Assembly: GCA_036797405.1 (NCBI GenBank)
Contig: DAIRBC010000001.1
Location: 1 to 43,521, forward strand
Direction of reading: 5' to 3'
DNA length: 43,521 nucleotides
Origin: Gemmatimonadaceae bacterium
GTDB lineage: Bacteria > Gemmatimonadota > Gemmatimonadetes > Gemmatimonadales > Gemmatimonadaceae
The notes beneath the pieces were generated by a model. The model was not told the DNA's origin. It did not search any database and saw nothing but the letters and a program-made list of their open reading frames with translations. Position numbers and translations under genes: made by a program. Shown here piece by piece: positions 9,794-18,545 of this stretch; the first letter of the stretch is position 1; each line of letters opens with the position of its first letter.

Positions 9794-11416
9794 GTGATAA
9801 CGATCCGTCGATTCGCGCTTTCGCTCCCGGCTTTATTGGCGTGGCTTGTTGCATATCCTGCAGCCGGACAGGCGAACAACGAGCGAACGCCCAAGCTGGT
9901 GGTCTTCATCACGGTCGATGCGATGCGCCCGGACTATCTAACGCGCTTTGCGCAGCAGCTCACCGGAGGCCTGGGGAGACTGTACAACGGTGGCGCGGTA
10001 TTCACCAATGGATTCCAGGATCATGCGATAACCGAGACGGCGCCTGGGCATTCGGTGATAATGTCAGGCCGATATCCGGTACACACCGGCATATCTGCAA
10101 ACACCGCCGGCGTGAACGACACAACTGTCAGTCTCATAGATGCGCCGGGTCTCGGCGCCTCGCCGTTTCGCTTTCGCGGAACCACGCTGACGGATTGGCT
10201 GATAGCAAAGGATCCTCGCACCCGCATTCTTTCCGTTTCCAGAAAGGACCGGGCGGCGATCCTTCCCATCGGCAGATCCAAGCAGCCGGTTTTCTGGTAC
10301 GCATCAAACGGGCTTTTCACCACGAGTACGTATTATGGCTCTACTCTGCCGGAATGGGTTCGCGCGTTCAACGCGCGAAAGCTGCCGGCGAGCTATGCGG
10401 GGAAAGCGTGGAACCTGCTGCTGCCCGATAGCGCTTACAGCGAGCCTGACAGCGTTCCGATAGAAAGCGGAGGCAACGGCTTCACGTTTCCGCACCTCGA
10501 GTCGAATTCTCCCGACACAGCGACCCGATTGCTTTCCGAGTTTCCATGGATGGACGAGCTGACGCTCGATTTCGCCATGGCAGGGGTGAACGCGCTGAAT
10601 CTGGGTGCCGGGCCGCAGACGGACTTGCTGTCCATCTCGCTCTCGACAACCGATGCGGTTGGCCACCGTTACGGGCCTGACTCGCGCGAAGTTCACGATC
10701 AAATCCTTCGACTCGACCGTGCCCTTGGGGTGTTTCTGGATTCTCTATACCGAGTCCGGAACCCTCGCGACATCGTTGTTGCGCTTACAGCCGATCATGG
10801 GCTTACCCCCTATCCGGAAATTCACGCGCACGATCCGAACGCGGGCGCTATTCGCGTCAATCCACGCCCCCTGCTTCGGGATCTCAGCAACTCACTGTCT
10901 GCAGCTGGAGTACCGGGATACGGGCTCAACTTCGTCGCAGGGGCGTACACCGGCAACGGATTTTCATTCGATGGTGGAGTGCTCGAGCTCGATCGCGCCG
11001 CGTTGAGCAAGGCCCGCATCAATCGTGACTCGCTGGTGCGGGCGGTTCGCGCGGCATTTCTGAAGGTGCCGGGCGTCGCTCGCGCGGACAGGATTTCAGA
11101 GCTCGCTGAACGGGATACTGTGAACGACAGAATCGCGCGACGCTGGCTGCACATGTTTTCGGATGAGGATAAAGCCGCCCTGGTAGTTACTCTTTCACCG
11201 TATAACTACTGGCTCTCAGGTTACATAGCGCAGCACGGTAGTCCGAACGATATAGATGCTCATGTGCCGATCATTTTCTACGGCACTAGCGTCAAACCGG
11301 GACGGTATGACGAGTTCGCGGGGGTGGTGGATATGGCTCCAACGCTCGCGGCGATCGTTCATGTGACCCCGCAGGAAAAACTCGACGGCCACGTTCTCCA
11401 GAATGCGATCAGGTAG
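9794..11416 (+). CDS. alkaline phosphatase family protein (PafA-like)
   Basis: VFITVDAMR, TETAPGHS (Thr nucleophile), SRKDRAAI, DAVGHRYGP, TADHG; signal peptide. Start uncertain (9755 or 9794). Confidence 0.9.
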   Translation: MITIRRFALSLPALLAWLVAYPAAGQANNERTPKLVVFITVDAMRPDYLTRFAQQLTGGLGRLYNGGAVFTNGFQDHAITETAPGHSVIMSGRYPVHTGISANTAGVNDTTVSLIDAPGLGASPFRFRGTTLTDWLIAKDPRTRILSVSRKDRAAILPIGRSKQPVFWYASNGLFTTSTYYGSTLPEWVRAFNARKLPASYAGKAWNLLLPDSAYSEPDSVPIESGGNGFTFPHLESNSPDTATRLLSEFPWMDELTLDFAMAGVNALNLGAGPQTDLLSISLSTTDAVGHRYGPDSREVHDQILRLDRALGVFLDSLYRVRNPRDIVVALTADHGLTPYPEIHAHDPNAGAIRVNPRPLLRDLSNSLSAAGVPGYGLNFVAGAYTGNGFSFDGGVLELDRAALSKARINRDSLVRAVRAAFLKVPGVARADRISELAERDTVNDRIARRWLHMFSDEDKAALVVTLSPYNYWLSGYIAQHGSPNDIDAHVPIIFYGTSVKPGRYDEFAGVVDMAPTLAAIVHVTPQEKLDGHVLQNAIR

Positions 11417-12014
11417 AATCTCCCGTAGCTCGGTCCTGAGAGCCTTCGACGAAGCAGAGTTCGGGTCGAAGAACACGCTCAATCTCAGGGAATCGCTCCC
11501 TTCAGTGGCTGATGCCCGCTTTCGAACCGAAGCATGGCTTCGCGAGCGACAAATCAGTCGGGCGGCCGAGGTTCTGGTGATAACGGGGCGCGGTAATCAG
11601 AGTCCAAACGGAGTCTCCGCGATCCGGGAAGGGATTCTCTCGCTACTGCCGTCCCTTCGCAGGCGTGGAGTTGTCAGTGAATGGAGAGAACATTCTCCCG
11701 GATCGTTTGTCGTCAAGCTGGGATCGATCTCCGCGCTCCTGGAAGCGCCAAGACGGAGGCGCGATCGCACGCCGATCGCGCCCACCGTAAATCCGGAGTC
11801 TCTAAAGAATCTCGAGCGATCAACGCTCGATCTGCTCCGACGACTGGCGATTCGAACTCTCGAGTCATTAGGGATGCGCGAGCCGGACAAGTTCGTGGAA
11901 GCGGAGATGCTCTCCAAGTTTGATTCGCTGGCCGGAGGTATCGCTCCCGGCGAGCAGGGCGAGGCCAGACTACGCGAGGCCATCAAAGCAGCGCTCGATC
12001 AACTCGACGAGTGA
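11403..12014 (+). CDS. stand-alone Smr/MutS2-C-like domain protein with C-terminal helical extension
   Basis: TLNLRE...VLVITGRGNQS...PGSFVVKL matches the Smr layout (LDLHG/ITGxG/GxxxV), with a degenerate first motif. Confidence 0.65.
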   Translation: MRSGRISRSSVLRAFDEAEFGSKNTLNLRESLPSVADARFRTEAWLRERQISRAAEVLVITGRGNQSPNGVSAIREGILSLLPSLRRRGVVSEWREHSPGSFVVKLGSISALLEAPRRRRDRTPIAPTVNPESLKNLERSTLDLLRRLAIRTLESLGMREPDKFVEAEMLSKFDSLAGGIAPGEQGEARLREAIKAALDQLDE

Positions 12015-12067
12015 GCGCGGACACGGGTATCACTGGAAACACCATCACACACAGGACATCACACGGA

Positions 12068-14164
12068 ATGAGCAAACCAGTTCTGATCGCAATGCTCGCA
12101 CTGGCCCTGCCGCTACGGGCGCAGACGACTCCCGGCTATTCTAAACAGGCAGCAGTTGCCGAGCGGGCGACTGAGGCAGACGCAATAGCGCGTCCGTCGC
12201 CGTCGAGCGCTTCAGCGCACTCGAGATTTCTTTCGCTGCAGCCACACATGGCTGGTACCCCGGCGCAGGCGCGGACCCGCGACTATGTGATCAACCAGAT
12301 GAAATCCTGGGGACTCGAGACGGAGGTGCGCTCCTATAGCGTCTGGATGCCGCACCCGGTGAGCACACGGGTCTGGCGGATCGCACCCAATCCGGTCGAG
12401 CTCGATCTGAAAGAAGGAGTCATTCCAGAAGACACGACGTCTTCCGCATATCCGCAAGTAGCGGCATTCAATGGCTATGGCGCGGCTGGCGATGTGCATG
12501 GCGATGTCGTCTACGTGAATTATGGGCTGATCGAGGACTATGCTCAGCTCGATTCGATGGGCGTGTCCGTCAAGGGCAGAATCGCGATCGCACGGTACGG
12601 GCGATCATACCGCGGCATCAAGGCGAGAGAGGCGGAGAAACATGGAGCACTCGGCCTGATTATCTACAGCGATCCCGCCGATGACGGATACGTGCGCGGC
12701 GATGTTTACCCGGCTGGCCCAATGCGTCCATCGCACGGAATTCAGCGTGGGAGCGTCATGAATCCGAATGGCGATCCGAGCACTCCGGGATATCCGAGCA
12801 CGCCAAACGCGCGGCGAATCCCGGTCGCCGAAATGGACATCCCGCACATCCCGGTATTGCCCGTCTCGTATGGCAATGCAGCCGAGCTGCTTCGCGGATT
12901 AGGCGGAAAGTCGATTCCTCAACCGTGGCAGGGTGGTCTTTCCTTCAGGTACCATGTCGGGCCCGGCCCAGTACAGGCTCGAATTGCAGTGACGACTGAT
13001 GCGACCACAAATCCATACAAACAGATCTGGGACACATTCGGAACGATTCGTGGAGCGGAATTTCCGGACGAGATCGTTCTGGTGGGCGGCCATCGAGACG
13101 CGTGGGGACCTGGAGCCGCCGACAACGTCAGCGGCACCGTCAGCGTGCTCGAAGCAGCGCGAACGATTGCCGAGCAGGTGAAGGCGGGGCGGAGACCAAA
13201 GCGCACGATCATATTCGCGACGTGGGATGCCGAAGAATGGGGACTGCTCGGCTCGACTGAATTCGTCGAGGAAGACTCGTTGCGTCTGAGCAGGAATGCA
13301 GTCGCCTATCTCAACCAGGATGACGTTGCCCAAGGGCCGGACTTCAATAGCGGTGGATCTCCATCGTTACGCGCGCTACTGCGCGACGTTGCCAAGGAAG
13401 TGCCTGACCCGAGTCATAAGGGCAGCGTGTACGATGTCTGGAGAAAACGGGCGAACCTCGCCGCAGACACGCTCGAGCCACAGATGGGTGACCCTGGTGG
13501 CGGCTCCGACTTCGCGGGTTTTTACAATCATCTCGGGATTCCAATTGTGGATTGGGGATTCAGCGGACCGCAGGGTGTCTACCACTCCGCCTACGATTCG
13601 TATCATTGGATGTCGAAGTTCGGCGACCCGAATTTCGAGTACCACGCTACGAACGCGCGCATTGGTGCGGTGGCGCTGCTGCGGCTCGCAAACGCAGAGA
13701 TTCTTCCGTACGACTACGTGGAGTACGCGCGCACGATGAAGCGGTTCGCTTCGCAGGTCGGTCAGGCAATGTCCGACAAGCATTGGAAATTGTCCGCTGC
13801 CGAACTATCCGGAGCAGTTGGAAGAATGGAAAGCGCAGCCGTCACGTTCTCAGCTGCGCGAGACCGAGCGCTGGCGACTCAATTGTCTCCCGTCACAGCG
13901 AAGCAGGTCAACTCTACGCTTCTAGGAGTTGAACGAGAGCTTACAAGAGCACGGGGGCTTGTGACACGGCCTTGGTTCAGGAACCTGATTTACGCCTCTG
14001 ACGAGAACAACGGTTACTCGACGATGGTGCTGCCGTCGGTAAACGAAGCAATTCGACTTGGCGACGAAACTGCAACAACTCGGGAGCTGACAGACATCGC
14101 TCAACGCTTTGATGCGGCAACGCGAGCGTTGCAGGTGGCAACAGGATTGCTACAGAAAAACTGA
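12068..14164 (+). CDS. M28 family peptidase (glutamate carboxypeptidase II-like; PA and TFR-dimerisation domains)
   Basis: GGHRDAW, GAADNVSG, WDAEEWGLLGSTE, GGSDF, YHSAYD; signal peptide from ATG 12068. Confidence 0.93.
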   Translation: MSKPVLIAMLALALPLRAQTTPGYSKQAAVAERATEADAIARPSPSSASAHSRFLSLQPHMAGTPAQARTRDYVINQMKSWGLETEVRSYSVWMPHPVSTRVWRIAPNPVELDLKEGVIPEDTTSSAYPQVAAFNGYGAAGDVHGDVVYVNYGLIEDYAQLDSMGVSVKGRIAIARYGRSYRGIKAREAEKHGALGLIIYSDPADDGYVRGDVYPAGPMRPSHGIQRGSVMNPNGDPSTPGYPSTPNARRIPVAEMDIPHIPVLPVSYGNAAELLRGLGGKSIPQPWQGGLSFRYHVGPGPVQARIAVTTDATTNPYKQIWDTFGTIRGAEFPDEIVLVGGHRDAWGPGAADNVSGTVSVLEAARTIAEQVKAGRRPKRTIIFATWDAEEWGLLGSTEFVEEDSLRLSRNAVAYLNQDDVAQGPDFNSGGSPSLRALLRDVAKEVPDPSHKGSVYDVWRKRANLAADTLEPQMGDPGGGSDFAGFYNHLGIPIVDWGFSGPQGVYHSAYDSYHWMSKFGDPNFEYHATNARIGAVALLRLANAEILPYDYVEYARTMKRFASQVGQAMSDKHWKLSAAELSGAVGRMESAAVTFSAARDRALATQLSPVTAKQVNSTLLGVERELTRARGLVTRPWFRNLIYASDENNGYSTMVLPSVNEAIRLGDETATTRELTDIAQRFDAATRALQVATGLLQKN
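14136..14151 (+). promoter_or_regulatory. candidate sigma-54 promoter for the Crp/Fnr gene
   Basis: TGGCAACAGGATTGCT versus consensus TGGCACG-N4-TTGCW; inside the last codons of the upstream gene, 25 nt before ATG 14177. Confidence 0.55.
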
Positions 14165-14176
14165 AATGCAGCTCGC

Positions 14177-14971
14177 ATGACGCGCGCTGTCTCAGGCCCG
14201 GACATTGCGATGATCGTGGTTGATGAAAGCACGCCTGGACGAAAGTTGACAAGAACTACGCGAGCGGAAGCGAGACGATCACGTCTCACACCGGAAGAAG
14301 TGGTGCCGATTGCAGGGTACGGCGCGAGGGCAACCTGGCCAGCCGGATTCCAGCTCTATCAACGCGGTGCGGCGGCAGACGGCGTCTTCGTCGTTCTCAA
14401 TGGGCACATCGTTCTGCGCAACAAGATCAAGGTCGGGCGCGGATTCGTTCCCGTGATCGCCACTGCGGGGCAGACATTCGGCAGTGAAGGTCTGTCACCG
14501 AACAGCGATTACGTAACTGACGCTGGCGCATCCGAAGAAACGAAGACTCTGTTTCTCAGTGGGGCGCAGTTTCGCGCCTTCGTGAGAGAGCAGCCCGGAC
14601 AGACACTGCCGCTGCTGTCGCAGATAATGTCCGAGCGCGCGTATCTGCTCGAGAAGCTGCATGAGCTTGCGGCACTGAACGTCGACCAGCGGCTCATATC
14701 AACGCTCTCACACCTCAGCACTGATCGCAGCTTCACGACGGATGATGGGCGATTGAAGCTCGAGAACAACCACCACCGCCTTCTCTGCGAGATGGTCGGC
14801 GCGACCCGCGAGTCGATCGCGCTGGCGCTCAGCCGACTCGTGTCAGCTGGAATCGCGGAGAGGAAGGGAATGACTTTCCTGATCGAGCCCAACTCTCTCG
14901 CTGCGGGGCTTGGCAACGGGCACGATACTGATTCCCCACTGTCGATGACGAGAGAGCTATCGCCCCAGTGA
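14177..14971 (+). CDS. Crp/Fnr family transcriptional regulator
   Basis: cNMP-binding-like domain (GQTFGSEGL) and HTH LCEMVGATRESIALALSRL; start codon uncertain. Confidence 0.88.
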   Translation: MTRAVSGPDIAMIVVDESTPGRKLTRTTRAEARRSRLTPEEVVPIAGYGARATWPAGFQLYQRGAAADGVFVVLNGHIVLRNKIKVGRGFVPVIATAGQTFGSEGLSPNSDYVTDAGASEETKTLFLSGAQFRAFVREQPGQTLPLLSQIMSERAYLLEKLHELAALNVDQRLISTLSHLSTDRSFTTDDGRLKLENNHHRLLCEMVGATRESIALALSRLVSAGIAERKGMTFLIEPNSLAAGLGNGHDTDSPLSMTRELSPQ

Positions 14972-14977
14972 CACTGA

Positions 14978-15823
14978 ATGGACGGGCAACAGAGCGCTGA
15001 CACAGCGCGGGTAATTCGAGGCGCGCAAACGATCGATCTGCAGGAGGAGGGCTCACCGGGAGTCCTCCTCCTGCATGGTTTTGGTGACACACCCCAGACG
15101 CTCGCGTTGCTCGCCCGGAAGCTGCACAAATCCAGATTCAGCCTGTACGCGCCATTACTGCCGGGGCATGGGCGCAACATGGATGCTTTCGGAAAATCGC
15201 GGGCTGCAGACTGGATCTCAGCAGCGAAGAGCGCGCTCGCGGAAATGCGCCGTCGACACAACTCTGTCTCTATCGTCGGGCTCTCGATGGGGGGCGCGCT
15301 GGCAGTGCTCCTCGCCGCTGGGCTCGATGATATCCCTGCAGTGGTCTTGATTGCGCCGTATCTCGGAATGCCGCGAGCGTTGAGACTGGCGGCGTCGACT
15401 CATTGGGCCTGGGAAAAATTTGTGGGAGAGGTGAACTCGAGAGATCCGCGGTCGATCCGCGATCCAATCGAGCGAGAGAAAAATCTTGCCTATGGCGCCA
15501 TCACGGGACGCGCGCTATTCGAGTTGTCGAAAGTCGTGAAGCTCGCGAGAAAATCGCTTCCGCGCGTCAAAGCGCCCACTTTGATAATCCAATCCCGCGA
15601 AGATCCGCGTTGCCCGCCTGAAATCGCCGAGTTCGCGTTGAAAGCACTAGGCGCGCAGCAAAAGAAACTAATCTGGACCGAAGGCGCAGGGCACATCATC
15701 ACGGTCGACTACGGCCGCGAGCGCGTCTTCACTGAGGTCGAGCAGTGGCTGAGAGCGCACACCGACCGTGGCGCGGCAACCGCCGTCGAGGGGAGAGCGG
15801 CTGCCGAACGCCCTGAGAGCTAA
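14978..15823 (+). CDS. alpha/beta-fold carboxylesterase/monoacylglycerol lipase
   Basis: LLHGF, GLSMGG nucleophile elbow, Asp in SREDP, His in GAGHII. Confidence 0.92.
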   Translation: MDGQQSADTARVIRGAQTIDLQEEGSPGVLLLHGFGDTPQTLALLARKLHKSRFSLYAPLLPGHGRNMDAFGKSRAADWISAAKSALAEMRRRHNSVSIVGLSMGGALAVLLAAGLDDIPAVVLIAPYLGMPRALRLAASTHWAWEKFVGEVNSRDPRSIRDPIEREKNLAYGAITGRALFELSKVVKLARKSLPRVKAPTLIIQSREDPRCPPEIAEFALKALGAQQKKLIWTEGAGHIITVDYGRERVFTEVEQWLRAHTDRGAATAVEGRAAAERPES

Positions 15824-16164
15824 AAGCGATCCTGGACGAATTCCGTAACTGTATCGACAGCGCGCTCGCCCAACCCCGCGGCCTGCTGGACTACACCCGT
15901 TGCAACACGCTTCACGCGAGCCACGGTACGACGAGACCGGCTGCTCTTCTTTCTGGAAGAGGACTTACGTCCCGCGCTTTTGCGACTCGAAGAAGCTTTT
16001 CTTCCTCCCTTTCGCCGCGATGACTTTCTGGCGCCTGACGACTTGCGGGCGCTTGACCGCTTCCGACTGGGAGCCTTGCGGCGTCCGCTCTTGCGTCCCG
16101 AGGATTTGGACCGCGACCTCTTTCTACCACCAGTTCGACTACTGGACTTCTTGGCTGCAGCCAT
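15820..16164 (-). CDS. highly basic Arg/Lys/Ser-rich histone/protamine-like protein, 114 aa
   Basis: GGAG RBS 7 nt before ATG 16164; MAAAKKSSSRTGGRKRSRSKSSGRK...; exactly fills the gap between neighbouring genes. Confidence 0.75.
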   Translation of the reverse strand: MAAAKKSSSRTGGRKRSRSKSSGRKSGRRKAPSRKRSSARKSSGARKSSRRKGGRKASSSRKSAGRKSSSRKKSSRSRRTVARVKRVATGVVQQAAGLGERAVDTVTEFVQDRF

Positions 16165-16275
16165 TGGAAAGCTCCGTGTAGGAGGGTTTGTAGAACCGAT
16201 AGCAAGATTCGCGCACAACAAAGGTGAGAGCAACCGTAGGGCGATGCAACGATTTGCCGAAGCAAAGTACTCGAA

Positions 16276-17286
16276 TCACGGCATGATGCGCGTCTCGCCG
16301 TGTCGCATAATCCACAGGTCTTTGCCGTCGCGTCCGGCCGCTTGCCACCGATCGCGCATTCGTGTCGGCGGTTCATCCATTGGTTCATCAGTAAGCTTGA
16401 AAGTTCCCCAATGAGCTGCGGCCATCACGAGCCTGGTTCCATTCTGGCCGGTCTCCAATTGGTCGACGGCGTTGATGCAATCTTCCGGGTTCATGTGCAC
16501 GGAACCCATGAACCAGCGAGGCTCGTAAGCGCCGATTGGCAGAATTGCGACGTCGAAAGGGCCGCATCTCGTGGCGATAGACCCAAAATCCGGATGAAGG
16601 GCAGTGTCCCCGGCAAAGAAAAGAGAGTGGTTCTCTGTGCGCAGCCCCCAGCCACACCAGAGGGTAGTGTTTCGCTTGCCGAGGGTTCGTCCCGAGAAGT
16701 GTTGAGCGGGAAGGCAAGTCAAATGCAGCTCACCCAACGTGCTCTCGTCCCACCAGTCGCTCTGTATAACGTCACGTGCGCCACGGCGTTGGAGAAATGC
16801 TCCCACGCCGAGCGGCGCGTACCACCTCGCCGCGGGATAACGCTCCGCGAGACGTGATACAGTAGACGAGTCGAGATGGTCGTAGTGGTCGTGCGAGAGA
16901 ATTACGGCATCGATGGGAGGCAGCGCATCAAAGTCGACCGCAGGTGGCACCCATCGTCTCGGCCCGGCGAACTGTACCGGTGACGCACGTTCGTTCCACG
17001 TCGGGTCTGTCAGCAGGTTGAGTCCGCCTGTCTGGATCAGGAAGCTGGTGTGTCCGATCCAGGTAATGGTGGACAAATCGGGAGCTGTCCGCGGAACGAC
17101 GTACGAGGGGGGCACTCGAGTGAACACGCTGGGGTCGGGATCCGGGCGGCGCGGATTCCGCCGCCGCTCTACTAATGACCACTTCAGAAAATCAAGCAAT
17201 CCGTGCATCTGCGAGGACGGCCAGGGATTGCGAAAGCCACCTCCTGGCCGATGGTGGGCGGGAAGATGCATTTGTTGTTGAGCCAT
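16276..17286 (-). CDS. MBL-fold metallo-hydrolase (NAPE-PLD/RomA-like)
   Basis: TWIGHTS, LSHDHYDHLD, PAQHFSGR, FAGDT, PIGAYEPRWFM, HWGTF. Confidence 0.93.
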   Translation of the reverse strand: MAQQQMHLPAHHRPGGGFRNPWPSSQMHGLLDFLKWSLVERRRNPRRPDPDPSVFTRVPPSYVVPRTAPDLSTITWIGHTSFLIQTGGLNLLTDPTWNERASPVQFAGPRRWVPPAVDFDALPPIDAVILSHDHYDHLDSSTVSRLAERYPAARWYAPLGVGAFLQRRGARDVIQSDWWDESTLGELHLTCLPAQHFSGRTLGKRNTTLWCGWGLRTENHSLFFAGDTALHPDFGSIATRCGPFDVAILPIGAYEPRWFMGSVHMNPEDCINAVDQLETGQNGTRLVMAAAHWGTFKLTDEPMDEPPTRMRDRWQAAGRDGKDLWIMRHGETRIMP

Positions 17287-17323
17287 ACGATTATGTCGCG
17301 ACCAATTTCCGAGTTGCGGATCT

Positions 17324-18427
17324 CTAGCTGAGCGCGGCGCGCTCCAGATTCTGTTCGAGGTGCGCCACAGATTTCATTCCAACCAGCGCGGCGGTGAGGG
17401 GGAGGGACTGTGCGAACGCTATGGCGCGCCGGGCATCGCTGTTGAACCCGGGGAAAGCGGAGCGAAGCTGGTCCGGGAGCGATCGTGTGAGCTGCGATTG
17501 CATGAGAGTGGCGCTTCCAACCACTCCAATATCGACACGGTGCGCCGCCTCCAGCAGCGAGATTCGGTCAGTGCCCACACGCTGGGTAGGAACGCGCACT
17601 GCCTCGGTCATGGCGAGGTTGATGGGGAGCTGGATGATCCTGAAGTGGTGGTTCTCGCCTCCAACCTCGCGCGCAACGGTTACGAGCTCTTCGAGGCTCA
17701 AATGGTTTCGAGCTTCGGGCGGTACGCGGAACCCATTCCAGGTCGAGCAGCCGTAACAACCAACGATCCCACGCTGGACCTGTTCCTCCAATGTTGAAAA
17801 TGCCGCACGGATCACGCTCAGGAATTTCGAGCGATTCAACACATCGAGTTGTTGCTCGGGGTTGTGGAGGTAATAGACGTCGATGAATGCGAGTCCGAGG
17901 TTGCGCCTGCTTCGCTCGATCTGATCGTTCAAGTATCGCGGGGTAAGACAATGGCCTCCGGATACCACGTCCTCCGGCTGCATTACGCCGGGCCCGTAAT
18001 ACTCGCTGTCGAGAAAGCCGCGATATCCCTCCTTGGTACCGGGCGGCGTGCGCTCGAGAGGTATGTATCCGCCCTTGGTGCAGATCACTATTTCTTCCCG
18101 CTCAACATCGCCCCGGGAGATCAGGATGCGAACGGCTTCTCCGATTGCGCGTTCCGAGCGCTGACATCTGTAATTGATGGCTGTATCCAGCAGATTCACG
18201 CCTTTTCCCAGAGCCGCAATGACGGTTGCCGTGTAACGACCGTCTTCGGCGTCGTCGCATTCGCCGAGGTAGGTACCGAGACCGAGTGAGGAGACTACGA
18301 GGCCGTCAGAGAGTGGCCGGTAGAAGTGGTCGATTTGCCCATTCTCGAACCGTTTTCGAAAACGGTTCGTGCCCTCCGCGGTAGCGCGTCCCTCAACGAG
18401 AGGCTGTAGTGCTTTGGACCGACTCAT
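17324..18427 (-). CDS. aldo/keto reductase
   Basis: SLGLGTYLG, LDTAINY, ICTKGG, IDVYYLHNPE; start approximate. Confidence 0.92.
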   Translation of the reverse strand: MSRSKALQPLVEGRATAEGTNRFRKRFENGQIDHFYRPLSDGLVVSSLGLGTYLGECDDAEDGRYTATVIAALGKGVNLLDTAINYRCQRSERAIGEAVRILISRGDVEREEIVICTKGGYIPLERTPPGTKEGYRGFLDSEYYGPGVMQPEDVVSGGHCLTPRYLNDQIERSRRNLGLAFIDVYYLHNPEQQLDVLNRSKFLSVIRAAFSTLEEQVQRGIVGCYGCSTWNGFRVPPEARNHLSLEELVTVAREVGGENHHFRIIQLPINLAMTEAVRVPTQRVGTDRISLLEAAHRVDIGVVGSATLMQSQLTRSLPDQLRSAFPGFNSDARRAIAFAQSLPLTAALVGMKSVAHLEQNLERAALS

Positions 18428-18545
18428 TGGGGAGAGGCTACGGACGTCGAACAACTCGCGCAAGTGGATGTCAGGCGGGCTGGCCCTTACGTTGCTGTCT
18501 ACCCGTCCGCAAGTTACGAATTCCTCAACACAACAGCTCTTGAAC

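Noticed and set aside
18448..18473. CGAAC-N17-GTCA upstream of the M1 peptidase as a fourth ECF site
   Set aside because: Mismatches in both elements; not distinguishable from chance.
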